Part shown: positions 17,783 to 29,109 of the stretch, in pieces
Numbering within the stretch: position 1 is the first letter of the stretch
Layout: each line of letters opens with the position of its first letter
Origin: a virus
Length of the DNA stretch: 64,000 bases
Virus record (IMG/VR): IMGVR_UViG_3300031951_000126
Coordinates: 2,430-66,429 of that record
Reading direction: 5' to 3' (one strand)
Notes under the pieces: model-generated
Told to the model about the DNA's origin: nothing
Databases searched by the model: none
What the model saw: only the letters and a program-made list of their open reading frames with translations
Position numbers and translations under genes: made by a program

Positions 17783-19207
17783 ATGGCATTTGTACAGAGT
17801 CCCCCTATCCAACCGTTGTCAACGGGTGCGATGACTTTTGGTGGTATCCAAAACAACTGGGACGCAATTAAAGAAGACTTTGACGCAGTAGCGTATCTCC
17901 CATTCGGTGACGAATATTGGAGCGCTATGAACCAAATCATGAACGGTATTGGTAACCGCGAAATCGCTACCAACCCACGTGTTCGTTGGTTTGAATTGAC
18001 TCGTATGGAAGTTCCTATGACAGTAGACACTGGAGCAACATTTACTGCTGGTGCATCTAATGACATTGTTCTTGTAACTACTGACGCTCAGGAATTGCCA
18101 GCTGGTTCTGGTAACTTCTACTCTTGGTGCGCGGTTCACGAGATTTGGCGTGATGCAGCAACTGGTATCCTTTATCAAATTATTGCTAAAGATCCAGATG
18201 CTGTTACTATCACCCTTCAGCCTGTGAATCCTCCTGTAACTGGTGGAGTTGTAGGTAACGTGATAATTGCTAATGACGCAACTTTGTTCTACGTTGGTGT
18301 ATCAGTTCCTGAAAACTCTACAGCACAAGCTGGTAAGTTCATGTTCGATGATGTTTACACATCATACTTGCAAACAATGCGTCACGACATCGTGACTAGC
18401 TCTGAGTCATTGTATAACGAATTGTGGTACTCTCAACTTGAGAATGGTACTGCAACTCCATACTCTAACTCACGCGACATCATTTACTTGCAGCGTGAAC
18501 ACCAAGTGGCTATCGTTAACAGCTTCATGGCTGGTAGCCAGACTACTAACACCGCTTTGGTAACAAACGGTCCTACTGCTACTTCATTCCAAACTACTCC
18601 AGGTTTGATTCCATCAATCTTTGAGCGTGGTCAAACATTTGACTACGCTGGTACTTTGGATGAAGCTGCTATCTATGCACTGGAAGCCCTTTTGACTACC
18701 CAGGATGGTTCTGTAAAGAACTACATGGTTTGGACAACTGGTGTTACTTCAGCTGCCCTTGAGCAAGCATTGTTGGTTCACAACCAGAACGCTAACATCA
18801 GCATCAACAAAGTTGCTATGGAGAAGACTTTCTGGGGTGAAGGCTCATATGCTGACTTGATGTCTTCAACATACTCATTCAACACTGTTGTGTTCAATAA
18901 CAAGAACTTCAACCTCGTTCGTATGGGTATCTTTGATAACCCACAAACTTTCGCTACCCCAGGTTCAACATGGAGCAACTACGCTGTGTTCTTGCCAATG
19001 GCTCCTGGTAACGTAGACGACGGTATGGGTAATCTTGGTAAGTATATCCGTATGGCTCACAAGCCTGGTGCTTTCATGAATATGTGGCAAACAGGTGGTC
19101 GTGCGGCAGCTAACAAGACTGATGCATGGCAGTTGGGAGTTCACATCGTATCTGAAGTTGCGTTCAAGTTCATTAACGCAAACAAATACGGTCTGCTCTA
19201 CTCTTAA
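17783..19207 (+). CDS. major capsid protein
   Basis: 474 aa, strong codon bias, VRWFE and TTPGLIPSI motifs, followed by a terminator. Confidence 0.85.
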   Translation: MAFVQSPPIQPLSTGAMTFGGIQNNWDAIKEDFDAVAYLPFGDEYWSAMNQIMNGIGNREIATNPRVRWFELTRMEVPMTVDTGATFTAGASNDIVLVTTDAQELPAGSGNFYSWCAVHEIWRDAATGILYQIIAKDPDAVTITLQPVNPPVTGGVVGNVIIANDATLFYVGVSVPENSTAQAGKFMFDDVYTSYLQTMRHDIVTSSESLYNELWYSQLENGTATPYSNSRDIIYLQREHQVAIVNSFMAGSQTTNTALVTNGPTATSFQTTPGLIPSIFERGQTFDYAGTLDEAAIYALEALLTTQDGSVKNYMVWTTGVTSAALEQALLVHNQNANISINKVAMEKTFWGEGSYADLMSSTYSFNTVVFNNKNFNLVRMGIFDNPQTFATPGSTWSNYAVFLPMAPGNVDDGMGNLGKYIRMAHKPGAFMNMWQTGGRAAANKTDAWQLGVHIVSEVAFKFINANKYGLLYS

Positions 19208-19221
19208 TCTAATCAATAATA

Positions 19222-19251
19222 AAAAGGGAGGGGTGAAAGCCCCTCTCTTTT
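19222..19251 (+). terminator. intrinsic terminator after the capsid gene
   Basis: AAAAGGGAGGGGT-GAAA-GCCCCTCTCTTTT. Confidence 0.8.
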
Positions 19252-19270
19252 AAAAAAAAAACAAACCGAT

Positions 19271-20200
19271 ATGATTTTTGAATTAAACACAAACCAACCA
19301 ATGTCTGTCCCAGATTGGGCAGAAAAAGAACTAAGAGAAACATTTCCTTCTTTTTTTAAGGGTTCACCAATAAAAATAAAGGCCGTTCCAGGTGCAATGA
19401 GACAAATTCACAAAGTGGCTTCTTCAGATAGAGATGCTGGTTCGAGAATGTTAGTCACAGCCCCAAATCCACGACCTATGAAGGCTTCTGGGTATTATTA
19501 TGATCCAGAGTACGGGGATCAAGTTTTTGTTCAGTATTCTGAAGTTGCTCCAAAAATGACTCGTGAAGGAGTGAAGTTTACATATCCATCAGGGATTATT
19601 ACAATGAAAAGTGGAATGGTGATAAATCCAAATCAAAAGGATTTGTTGTTTTATTTCCACTACTTGTGTCCAATTATTAAGGACAACAAATGCTCATACG
19701 CAAAAGAGTCAATTTTTGAATACGACAAGCCACAAGAGGCTGCTCAAAACAAAATTAACACGGCCCGCGAAACACGTGAGTTTGAAAACCTTATCTATTT
19801 CGACACGGCTTACGATGTCGTTTTGAAGGCGATAGATGGTCTTGGGATGAAGCGCATGAAGACAGAAGAGGAAAACCGAGTTGCTCTTCACGATTCAATT
19901 AAGCGTGGTAACGAGACATTCAAGAAAAACGCTTACGAAATCCTCAACTCAGCAAAGCCGGTACAAACTAAATCAGCAGAGGGTGAAACTATCCACGAGT
20001 TGGTAAACCGACTTTTAAGTGAGAATTTTATCAAAAATGAAGACGGAATGTGGTATATTCGCGACCGTAGAGGCGATGGAACAAAGTGGTTGAAATCACC
20101 ATTTTTTGAGTCAGCGCAAACAGGTAGCGAGGCTGCATTTGCATTGATTGACCATCTCAAGGTAAATGAAGAATTATTAGGTAAATTAAGAAAACTATAA
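19271..20200 (+). CDS. conserved protein downstream of the capsid gene (crAss-like head module)
   Basis: Synteny; 309 aa. Confidence 0.55.
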   Translation: MIFELNTNQPMSVPDWAEKELRETFPSFFKGSPIKIKAVPGAMRQIHKVASSDRDAGSRMLVTAPNPRPMKASGYYYDPEYGDQVFVQYSEVAPKMTREGVKFTYPSGIITMKSGMVINPNQKDLLFYFHYLCPIIKDNKCSYAKESIFEYDKPQEAAQNKINTARETREFENLIYFDTAYDVVLKAIDGLGMKRMKTEEENRVALHDSIKRGNETFKKNAYEILNSAKPVQTKSAEGETIHELVNRLLSENFIKNEDGMWYIRDRRGDGTKWLKSPFFESAQTGSEAAFALIDHLKVNEELLGKLRKL

Positions 20201-20204
20201 AAAG

Positions 20205-22580
20205 ATGATTAGCACCGTAACCCTTTCGTTTGACTTAACGTACACCAACCCAGTCACGGGTGCGTTACAGCCGCGAGGTATTGTTATAGATTCAACTGAT
20301 TATACTAGTTTAGGAATCGATGTTCTTATTGCGGAGGCAAAGGGGTTGGGCATTATCACCTTTAATGGTGATATTATTGTCGATTTGAATACTGTTGGAA
20401 CTCCCATGATTGACTTGCAAAACTGGGATTTTGTCAATGATGGGGTTCCTACTTACACTTTTGATTTACCACTTGATCTTAATGGTAACGTGGCTAATGG
20501 TGTTTATTCAATTCAATATTCATTAAGGCTTACGGGAACCAATTATCAATTATTTTCTATAACTCTTCCTAATACAATAGTTACCGATGGTAATTTTTGG
20601 TTGGCTAATTTCCTTGAGGCAGGAGATACACTTATTTTAGAAGGTCCTGTTGATCAGCCTGTTGTCATTGCTTCTATTACCCCTGTTGATCCAATTGTAG
20701 ATCCGGGTGTCGAAATAATAACATCGACTGTTATTAACCCTCCATTCGATTCTTTCGGTTTTGATATAACAAACATTCAACTTAATGGCGTATATCCATA
20801 TACTGGATGTACACAGGTCAACGCGGATGTTAGCTTTATTTATGATTGCGAAGTAGGAGACAGTGGGACATGGTCTGTTGCAAATACAACTCCTCTTGCT
20901 GCTAATGAAGTAGTGGCGAGTTTGAACTGTACGATTAACTACCCATCATGGGCTACTCTTAGCCCAACGTTCCCAGGCAATGTGGTAGTTACATCGCTTC
21001 CGTATCCTAGCGCTCCAGGCGTGGAAACACCGCTTGCAACAGGTACGTATACGGTTTCATTGACACAACAAATCCAACAGACTCAAACGAGTGGTCTTAT
21101 TGTTCTTTACTCAAGATCAGTCATTAAAGAGTTTCAAGTAAGTTGTGCGGGAACCCTTTGTGGACTTGTTCCTTGTATTGAGAACCTTCGAGCTGCTCAT
21201 CAAGCGGAACTTGTTCGTAACAGAATCTCTAAGTACCAAGTATTTGTAGACAATGTTTTGATGTATTACATCGAGGCAATGAACTATAGGTCTTGTGGGG
21301 AGCTTGATAAGTACAGGGCTGCAATTGCTTGTCTTCAGGCTCAACTTGACGCTTCTGGATGCGATTGCGCTTGTTGTGATGATGAGACTTACTATTGGGT
21401 TTCAAATAACTCTGGGGTTTCAGTAATCGAAAGTTTGATTGCTTCGTTTCAGTTTCGACTCTTTAATGGCATTCCAGGAATCACTGAAGATGTTACTCAA
21501 GGTGTTCAAATTGGCGCACTATGGCAAGATTTTAATACGGGTATTATTTATCGTTGTACGAGTAATACGGAAGGTGCAGCTGTATGGGAAGAATATTATG
21601 CGCCAGGCGTAGCACCTAATGCAATAGATGTACCGGCTGTTCCGAGTCCTAACTTCCTTACAGCCAATAATGTTCAACTTCAATTAAATCAGGTTGATGC
21701 CCTTGCGGTGTTTGGTGGTACAAATGGTTTGAATAAGGTTGGAAATGATGTCCTTCTCGGTGGAGCTCTTGATATATCTACTACAATAAATGTAAACGGA
21801 AACGACTTTATATTTACGAGTGATGACTCTACATTAGAGGTAATAGCTACAGGTGGTGTTCCTCTTTTGTTAAATGTAAACCAACCATTTTCTGGCGTAG
21901 GCATAAATGCTATTTTGACTACAACAAACACCGCTGGAGTTGGAGCGAATGGCATTGGAAGTTCTATTCAATTTGTCGCCGAAAACGCAGCAGGAAGTAC
22001 ATCTTTAACCTCCACGGTAAGAAGTACATGGGTGAATGCTGCGGCAAGTAATTCAAACTTCCAAATAACCACTAAAAACGCCAACGTAGAAAGCCCCGCA
22101 TTGACATTGAACTTTAATGGTTCAGCAACTTTAAATGAGTATGGTCAAGGCAACTTTATTGAAGCTAACCCCACGTACTTCTTGTCGTTAAATTCTAGTG
22201 GTTCGGGCCAGGTTACTGAAACGGCCTTAGTTGTTCCAAAAATTTATACCGCAATATTAACCCAATCTGGATCAGCCGACCCTACAGCCACAGTTGTATT
22301 AAATACAACGGGGGAAACAATTTTGTGGAGAAGAGTTGCTGCTGGTTTATATCGATGTGAAGCTACTGGAAGTCCATTCAAGATAAATAAAACGACTGTA
22401 TTTGTAAATTACGGAGGGGGAGGCTCCACTAGTTATATCGGCTCGATACAGGGCGTGAGAACTGCCGATAATTATGTTATAGTCGGAACATTAGGGGCTG
22501 GTGCAACTGGAGCTGGGCCACTAAATTATGAAGACGGCTTATTAGTATTGGCGTCAATAAAAATTGAAGTTTACCCATAA
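20205..22580 (+). CDS. virion structural protein, tail hub / fibre-like
   Basis: Ig-like N-terminal region, Cys cluster (CGLVPC...GCDCACCD), fibre-type C-terminal half (NGLNKVGNDVLLGG, LNEYGQG, KIYTAILTQSG). Confidence 0.65.
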   Translation: MISTVTLSFDLTYTNPVTGALQPRGIVIDSTDYTSLGIDVLIAEAKGLGIITFNGDIIVDLNTVGTPMIDLQNWDFVNDGVPTYTFDLPLDLNGNVANGVYSIQYSLRLTGTNYQLFSITLPNTIVTDGNFWLANFLEAGDTLILEGPVDQPVVIASITPVDPIVDPGVEIITSTVINPPFDSFGFDITNIQLNGVYPYTGCTQVNADVSFIYDCEVGDSGTWSVANTTPLAANEVVASLNCTINYPSWATLSPTFPGNVVVTSLPYPSAPGVETPLATGTYTVSLTQQIQQTQTSGLIVLYSRSVIKEFQVSCAGTLCGLVPCIENLRAAHQAELVRNRISKYQVFVDNVLMYYIEAMNYRSCGELDKYRAAIACLQAQLDASGCDCACCDDETYYWVSNNSGVSVIESLIASFQFRLFNGIPGITEDVTQGVQIGALWQDFNTGIIYRCTSNTEGAAVWEEYYAPGVAPNAIDVPAVPSPNFLTANNVQLQLNQVDALAVFGGTNGLNKVGNDVLLGGALDISTTINVNGNDFIFTSDDSTLEVIATGGVPLLLNVNQPFSGVGINAILTTTNTAGVGANGIGSSIQFVAENAAGSTSLTSTVRSTWVNAAASNSNFQITTKNANVESPALTLNFNGSATLNEYGQGNFIEANPTYFLSLNSSGSGQVTETALVVPKIYTAILTQSGSADPTATVVLNTTGETILWRRVAAGLYRCEATGSPFKINKTTVFVNYGGGGSTSYIGSIQGVRTADNYVIVGTLGAGATGAGPLNYEDGLLVLASIKIEVYP

Positions 22581-23335
22581 TGACTACTAACCTCGGTGAA
22601 ATATACGATGAGCTTCTCTTCAGAGCCGGAAAGGATCTGAGGGGCGGCTACATCACGCCCGATGACTTTAATCGGGCTATCAAGATTGTTAATCAGCGTT
22701 ATCTCAATACGCTCGTAGACAACTTTGAGGAAAACCGAGAGATTACTAGTGATCTTCAGACATTTATCAAGACATTGGGTTCTCCGCAATATCCAGCACT
22801 GTCTTTTACCGCTGTATTGCCAGGGCGACCTGAGCGCGGTGGATATGCGAACATTCCTGCTGATATTTGGTATCAAGCAACTGCGAGTTTCCTTGAGATA
22901 CTCAACGAGAACTGCTCTTATGACACAAACTATCGAAGCATTGAGTTTGTGAGCCAACATGAGTTCGACGCCAAGATGCGTAACTCAATCATAAGCCCAG
23001 TAGAAAACCCGCAGGAGAACGACCCGATTTTAGTCACACGAAACAATCAGTATTTTATTTATCCGTATATGCCACGGATAACCTTTACTTACATACGAGA
23101 ACCGATTCAACCTGTATTTGACTACGACATTATTAACGGAATTCCCGTATATTTACCTCCGGGTTCTGTTCACGTCAACAATACTGTAGCAGCTCCAGGT
23201 GATCCAAGTTTGAGTGTTGAATTTGAGTATCCAGAAAGCTGTGTAGACCACTTGACAGATTTGATCAAGACCTACGTTGGAATTGGTAATGAAAACCAAT
23301 GGAATATTCAGACTCAAATGCCAAGTAAAGTATGA
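22580..23335 (+). CDS. tail ring (tubular) protein
   Basis: KDLRGGYITPDDFN...YIREP...EFEYPE pattern. Confidence 0.7.
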   Translation: MTTNLGEIYDELLFRAGKDLRGGYITPDDFNRAIKIVNQRYLNTLVDNFEENREITSDLQTFIKTLGSPQYPALSFTAVLPGRPERGGYANIPADIWYQATASFLEILNENCSYDTNYRSIEFVSQHEFDAKMRNSIISPVENPQENDPILVTRNNQYFIYPYMPRITFTYIREPIQPVFDYDIINGIPVYLPPGSVHVNNTVAAPGDPSLSVEFEYPESCVDHLTDLIKTYVGIGNENQWNIQTQMPSKV

Positions 23336-23952
23336 TAACCAAGCGCCAAGCCATAGAATTAATACAGCACAGGTTGACTGGCGGGGACACCCCGGAAGAC
23401 TTGCGCCGCTTGTACCCACGTTCAATCATTTCAAGGGTATTGAACATGGCACTTGCCGACATCGTTTCACGCGATCCTTACGAGGCAAGCGACATGGCGG
23501 TTCCGTATACATTTACTCCTGCTACTGACGCCAATGGTTACTACGTAACCTTGAGTCCACAACCCATCGCGGGGACTATGGCTATCTTTAGTGTAGAGGA
23601 CCAAACCACAGGGGACAACGGTTATATCGTTCAAACGAAGGCTGAAGCCACGGCAATTAACATCTTGCGTGGAGGAAACAATTCGGGAGCAATCCTTTTC
23701 AAGGATAAGTTACGTTTTAACAAAAAGCCTACGGGAGATGTGACTGTTACAATGGTTCCCAACGTCTACCAAATGGAGGATGATGATGTTTTGATCGTCC
23801 CAAGCGATGAGACAGGCAAGGGGGAAACCATGCTATTCCAAATGTGTTTGCAGATCCTGTCAACACAAGGATATCAAGATGACTTAAACAATGACTCTAT
23901 CGACGCCCAGAAACTGGCGAGAGATACGTCAAGAATGTATACTAATCAATGA
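23332..23952 (+). CDS. tail ring protein
   Basis: Synteny; TKRQAIELIQHRLTGG N-terminus. Confidence 0.6.
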   Translation: MITKRQAIELIQHRLTGGDTPEDLRRLYPRSIISRVLNMALADIVSRDPYEASDMAVPYTFTPATDANGYYVTLSPQPIAGTMAIFSVEDQTTGDNGYIVQTKAEATAINILRGGNNSGAILFKDKLRFNKKPTGDVTVTMVPNVYQMEDDDVLIVPSDETGKGETMLFQMCLQILSTQGYQDDLNNDSIDAQKLARDTSRMYTNQ

Positions 23953-24680
23953 CGATTAAGAACATAAAATATATTGCTACCTCAGCCCTATACCGTTTGG
24001 GCAAGAATCCTGTTGGCCGAGAGTTGACATGGATGACTCAGGTGGCTATTGATTATTTGAGTGAAAAGTCTCCCCTTGATGGCAACGTATCGCTCAGAAC
24101 TATTTACGGTAAGATTGACACTGGGGCGCGGGTGTTTACCATGCCCGGAGATTGCATGAGAATTTCCAAGGTGGGGTTGAAGTCAGGTCGTCGTATTTGG
24201 ACGTTGACACCAGATACTTCATTGACCTATCCTGAGGAGTTCTTCCAGTGCGAAAGTGACAAGAACGATGACGTTGTTTTAGATGGCTTCTTTCCAACTG
24301 GTTACTTTGGCTATTTTAACAACTTCCCAAGCTACACTGTGGGCGGGGGTCGAAACGAGAACTACTATCGTATAGATGGTAACAATATTATTTTCAGTCA
24401 CAATATACCCGACGGTCAATTGGTAATAGAATACTTCTCCAATGGGCCTGAGGTAAATGAAAATACACTGATTGACACAGCCTATGCCGAGCCTTTCCGT
24501 TTGTACTTGATGAGTGAATACTGCTTTCACAAAGGAGGTAGCGAGGATAAGGCTAAGTACAAAGAATTACAGATTCAATACGAGGCAGCTCAGTGGAGCG
24601 CAAACTTGCTTGTCAAGGCTCCACGACTCAGTGAAATGATTGATGCTCTTGCTCAAAGCTCTGAATTTAACTTAGGATAA
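23949..24680 (+). CDS. tail ring protein
   Basis: MPGDCMRISKVG, YYRID.N.I.FS, VIEY motifs. Confidence 0.65.
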   Translation: MTIKNIKYIATSALYRLGKNPVGRELTWMTQVAIDYLSEKSPLDGNVSLRTIYGKIDTGARVFTMPGDCMRISKVGLKSGRRIWTLTPDTSLTYPEEFFQCESDKNDDVVLDGFFPTGYFGYFNNFPSYTVGGGRNENYYRIDGNNIIFSHNIPDGQLVIEYFSNGPEVNENTLIDTAYAEPFRLYLMSEYCFHKGGSEDKAKYKELQIQYEAAQWSANLLVKAPRLSEMIDALAQSSEFNLG

Positions 24681-27600
24681 TGCAGTTCAACGAGATCATA
24701 ACCTTTGAAGGTGGAATAAACACCGACGACACCCCGCAGGGAATGCCCAAGGGTGACTACCGTGACTTTTCGTATTGCCGACTTGGATACAATTCTGGTA
24801 ATGCTTACGCGGTAGAAACTTCTGATGGCACTCTTGTAATCCCGAATCCTCCGGCGACGATAGAGATTCAGGATCAAATTATAGGGGCTACTCAGTGGCA
24901 AAAAGAAAATTCCATTGTATACTTCGTTTTCAAAGCTGATCTCATTCACGAGATATGGGTTTACGACATTACTAATCAGACTCACACTCGTGTTATACAG
25001 AGTACCGAACTTAATTTCAGTCGCGATTGGCCAGTTTTTCACGCTAATGTCATAGATGATATTTTAAAGTGGACGGACGGTCGATGGGATCCATTGATGT
25101 ATGATTCTGATGGAAATCGATTATTCAATCCTCCTTATCAAATCAATCTACGCAAGGCTCTTGATGGTTACTATCCTATATTTAATTTACGAACCATTGA
25201 CGCCGTTAAATGGCCGATGGAGCCGCCAGTAGTAACTTATTTTACTGATCCAACAAGGAATGATAACAAGTTAAGAAACAAACTCTTTAAGTTCATCATT
25301 CAGCCAATATACGAAAACGGGGAGGTAGGTGTTTGGTCAATGTATTCAAATCTTGATTTGCCTAATCAATCGGAACTCGTTTCTGGAACAAACTGGGTTT
25401 TTTTAAATAACGACAATGGTATTAGCATTCAGTTTAATACAGGTCCTTCCATAATCAGAAAATTCAATCTTGCCGTACAGCAATACGATAGGGAGTCTGA
25501 AGGTGCTGAGGTTCCTTTCGGGGTTTTCTTGCAGCTTGACAAAGATTTAGATAGTCTGGCTGACAATGATATTTATTTCGTAGATTTTTACGGAGACGCG
25601 GCAACTGGTCCAGCAATGGATTTTTCAAAAAATTACGACAGGCTTCCAATAGTGGCTGATTGTCAAGAATATCTTCCAACTAATCAGTTGGCGTATATTA
25701 ATTTTAGAGAGGGGTATGATAAGCCTACTGAGGAGCCTTTTATTGTTGATGCGTCAATGAGCTATGACGTAACTGAATTGGTGTGGAGGCCTAGGGCTTT
25801 AGAACCCGTTTGGCAAGTTCTCGTTAACACAGTGACAGCTGATTTCGTTATGAGGTTTAACGCCTCTGCCGTACCTTCTCTAGATGTAAATAACTTTTTT
25901 GTTTTTGAGCCTGGAATGGTTATTTCAATTGCAACTCCAAACAACATATTTCCAGCCGAATATAGAAATGTATTTTTATATTTTTATGTGACACAAGGTC
26001 TTATAAACGAAGCCCTTACTCAACCAACTATTTTTGATCAAAACGCTTTCGTATTTGAAGCAGTGGGAAATTCTTTTGTAACTCAATGGGATCCCACCTT
26101 ATTTATTGTCCCAGGGTCGATTACATCGCTCGGAGCGCTCGGTATGGAATACCAAGCCGCTAATAATCCGGGGTCTTCAGTTATAACCAACTGGATTCCT
26201 GCAACAGCCATTTTAGAAAACAGGACAACTGACGCGCTACCTAGTTTGAAGGTGGGTGCAACGCATGAATTCGGTATAGTTTATGGCGATCGAGCGTATA
26301 GAGATAGCACGGTCTACACTTTAGATTCATTAAAACTTTTTGTTCCGTGGTTCGCAGATGAGCCAGCTAGGTCTACTTTTGTAGATGGCCGCAGTCCGTA
26401 CACAGTAACCCCTAGAATGAGGATTGACCACATCCCTCCAGTTTGGGCTACTAAATACTGGGTTGTTGCCAAGCCAGCCACGGAGATATTGAGCTTTGGC
26501 CAGTATATCTCGAACAATAACCAGGACGGAGCGGCAGCCGGATCGGGGTACGTTCAGTCTATTAAACTCGACGCAGTAACAAATAATAGATACATAATCT
26601 ATATTGATAATTATTACGAAAATCAAAACCTAGGAGCCACCATAAAGCACGAGATTAAGATTGGCGATAAGTTAAGATTTGTAAGACAAAGCCTCTTTGG
26701 TACAGGGGCCGTGTACTTAGATTACTTAGAGTTAGATATCATAGATATTGACACGACCATCGGAACAGACGGCAGGATAGCAGTATACACAAATTTGTTT
26801 GATCTTGCCTTAGTAGAACCAGAGCCACCGGAAACGTCTGGTTTTGTGTTTGGTCAAATGATTGAGATATATACACCTAGGCCATCAACTGATAGCACAG
26901 GAAATATTTTCATATCTACATGGGAAGATGTAACTGAAGCTATACCAATCAGAAATCCTCATACCGAAGATAGATCTCATAATGTTCCTCCATTGCATTA
27001 TCTATATGTAACAGAAGTATTTGCGCCCGGAAATTATAGGTTTAGCATGAATGGAGACCAAACTTCGTTGATTGGAGAAACATTTAATTACACCATTTAC
27101 AATGATGACGGCACTACAATTACTGGATTAACAGATGTTGTAAATGCTCTTTACATTTCATCTTCTAACATTACAGCGTTCCTTAGCTTGGTTGGTATAA
27201 CCGCTGTTCCAAGTATGTCTTATATGACATTTGATGGAAGCGCTGTATTTGGTTATCAAAGACAAGTTGTAAGTAATTTGACGTCATTTACACCGGCGGT
27301 TTTCACTATTGATTACGGAGATGTTTATGTGAGAAAAAGAAACTGGAATACTGGTCTTGGTGGACTTGAGGAAGAGGCTTATTATTTCATGGAGGACCCT
27401 CATTATTCTGATTACTGGAACAGTGATATTCATAACACGGGAAGAACAAGAATAGAGGATGTTAATGCTAGAATGACTCACCGTCAATCTACTGCAATAC
27501 ACTCAGACTCGTTTATCGTAGGCACTCAAATCAATGGTCTTTCTTCATTTGCTTTAGATAATCAGAACATAGAGGACATGAACCCGATCTTTGGTCCTGT

Positions 27601-29098
27601 TACCAGGGCTTATATGTCGGGTAGAGAGGGTAAGACGCTTAAATGCTTACAGCCTAAAAAAGAAAACTCTATTTACATTCAGTATTATCCAAATGAAGTT
27701 GGCTCTGACTCAACAGTGCGCGTATCGAATAAAACATTCGCTTCGTGGTTTGACTACAAGAGTTTGCTAGGATGTTCTAATGCCGGAGCTACCGCAATCC
27801 TACCAAATGGATCGACAATGTATTTTGATAATAATGCAGGGGTGTTTGTTTACTCAGGCGGAAACGGTCAAATACAAGTAAGTGAAATTGATCCCGATAC
27901 AAAGACTGACTACAAGTTCAGAACAAAGACTAAGGCTTTGGCAGCGGCATACAACGCTAGTTCAGCTCCAATGGTCCGTACTTACGTCAATGAGTCTGTG
28001 GGCGAGGTTGGGTTTGCGTTTCGTTTTGATTCCCCATATTCAGGGGAAGCATTGGGTGGATTTAACCCTGCGGTTGGTCAGGTATTGGAGGTATTCATTT
28101 TGCAAGGAGGTAATTTTGAATATCTATATGGGTATGATATGTTCTTTTATTTTAATGGAACTGGAAACGTATACCAGGGTACAGTTAATTTAGTAGACTA
28201 TGTACCAATTTTCAATTACACACGCATAGGTCTTGAGGGTGTTACTCCAGATATAGCCGATTTTGATGAACCTGGTTATTACTACACGACAAGTGGTTTG
28301 TCATACGACCATGTTGTATTCGATTATGTAAACATGAGATGGAGGTCCACTTATGACTACAATTTCCAACAGTATTGCAATCTAGGTCAAACTTTAGTAG
28401 GATGGGGCGCAGATAATCAATTATATCTACATAACCAACCTAATCAATGGAACTTCCACGGAGACCCATTTGTTCAGCAAGTTTCTTTCGTTTCAAATGA
28501 AAGCCCGTTAGCTCTGAAGCGATATCAGGACATTGGTTTAGTTTCAGATGATTTGTTTTCTATAACAGCTGAGTCAGAACCTAACAGGAGCTACCCACGC
28601 GGAATGAAAACAACTATGCCCACCAACTTAATCAGCACCTACGAGGGGTATGGTAAGGTCAATTACAGAAAGAATCTGTATGACCCCAAGTTTTTCATCG
28701 ATTCAAATACCTCTGCTACTTCTTACGCGCCTCCTTTGTTTCCTACAAATGGATGGACTTTGGCTGGAGATCAGACCGGTTTATTGAATGACCCTTTGGC
28801 TGTACCACCAATACCCGCAGATACGATTACCATAATTCAACTTGATGGCAACATTTACACCGGACAAGTTGATACCGCCGTATACGACGCTATTTTAGAC
28901 GTTACAACAATCACTCTAGTAGGCTCAGAACCAAGCACATTTGGAGTAAATGGAAGTTGGTACTTTACTGAACGAGCGCTTTGTAATGGAGAGGATATTA
29001 GGGCTAATGCTTTGACTCATACCTTAGAGTATGACCCAGCAATTAACAACACTCCTTCTATTCTTTTCTCAGTTGGAATTAGGGGTGTTTTGTCATAA
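24680..29098 (+). CDS. tail muzzle / stabilisation protein
   Basis: FEGGINTDD...PKGDYRD, LAYINFREGYD, SLKVGATHEFGIVYGD; 1472 aa beta-rich. Confidence 0.8.
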   Translation: MQFNEIITFEGGINTDDTPQGMPKGDYRDFSYCRLGYNSGNAYAVETSDGTLVIPNPPATIEIQDQIIGATQWQKENSIVYFVFKADLIHEIWVYDITNQTHTRVIQSTELNFSRDWPVFHANVIDDILKWTDGRWDPLMYDSDGNRLFNPPYQINLRKALDGYYPIFNLRTIDAVKWPMEPPVVTYFTDPTRNDNKLRNKLFKFIIQPIYENGEVGVWSMYSNLDLPNQSELVSGTNWVFLNNDNGISIQFNTGPSIIRKFNLAVQQYDRESEGAEVPFGVFLQLDKDLDSLADNDIYFVDFYGDAATGPAMDFSKNYDRLPIVADCQEYLPTNQLAYINFREGYDKPTEEPFIVDASMSYDVTELVWRPRALEPVWQVLVNTVTADFVMRFNASAVPSLDVNNFFVFEPGMVISIATPNNIFPAEYRNVFLYFYVTQGLINEALTQPTIFDQNAFVFEAVGNSFVTQWDPTLFIVPGSITSLGALGMEYQAANNPGSSVITNWIPATAILENRTTDALPSLKVGATHEFGIVYGDRAYRDSTVYTLDSLKLFVPWFADEPARSTFVDGRSPYTVTPRMRIDHIPPVWATKYWVVAKPATEILSFGQYISNNNQDGAAAGSGYVQSIKLDAVTNNRYIIYIDNYYENQNLGATIKHEIKIGDKLRFVRQSLFGTGAVYLDYLELDIIDIDTTIGTDGRIAVYTNLFDLALVEPEPPETSGFVFGQMIEIYTPRPSTDSTGNIFISTWEDVTEAIPIRNPHTEDRSHNVPPLHYLYVTEVFAPGNYRFSMNGDQTSLIGETFNYTIYNDDGTTITGLTDVVNALYISSSNITAFLSLVGITAVPSMSYMTFDGSAVFGYQRQVVSNLTSFTPAVFTIDYGDVYVRKRNWNTGLGGLEEEAYYFMEDPHYSDYWNSDIHNTGRTRIEDVNARMTHRQSTAIHSDSFIVGTQINGLSSFALDNQNIEDMNPIFGPVTRAYMSGREGKTLKCLQPKKENSIYIQYYPNEVGSDSTVRVSNKTFASWFDYKSLLGCSNAGATAILPNGSTMYFDNNAGVFVYSGGNGQIQVSEIDPDTKTDYKFRTKTKALAAAYNASSAPMVRTYVNESVGEVGFAFRFDSPYSGEALGGFNPAVGQVLEVFILQGGNFEYLYGYDMFFYFNGTGNVYQGTVNLVDYVPIFNYTRIGLEGVTPDIADFDEPGYYYTTSGLSYDHVVFDYVNMRWRSTYDYNFQQYCNLGQTLVGWGADNQLYLHNQPNQWNFHGDPFVQQVSFVSNESPLALKRYQDIGLVSDDLFSITAESEPNRSYPRGMKTTMPTNLISTYEGYGKVNYRKNLYDPKFFIDSNTSATSYAPPLFPTNGWTLAGDQTGLLNDPLAVPPIPADTITIIQLDGNIYTGQVDTAVYDAILDVTTITLVGSEPSTFGVNGSWYFTERALCNGEDIRANALTHTLEYDPAINNTPSILFSVGIRGVLS

Positions 29099-29109
29099 AT
29101 TTGCAGCTA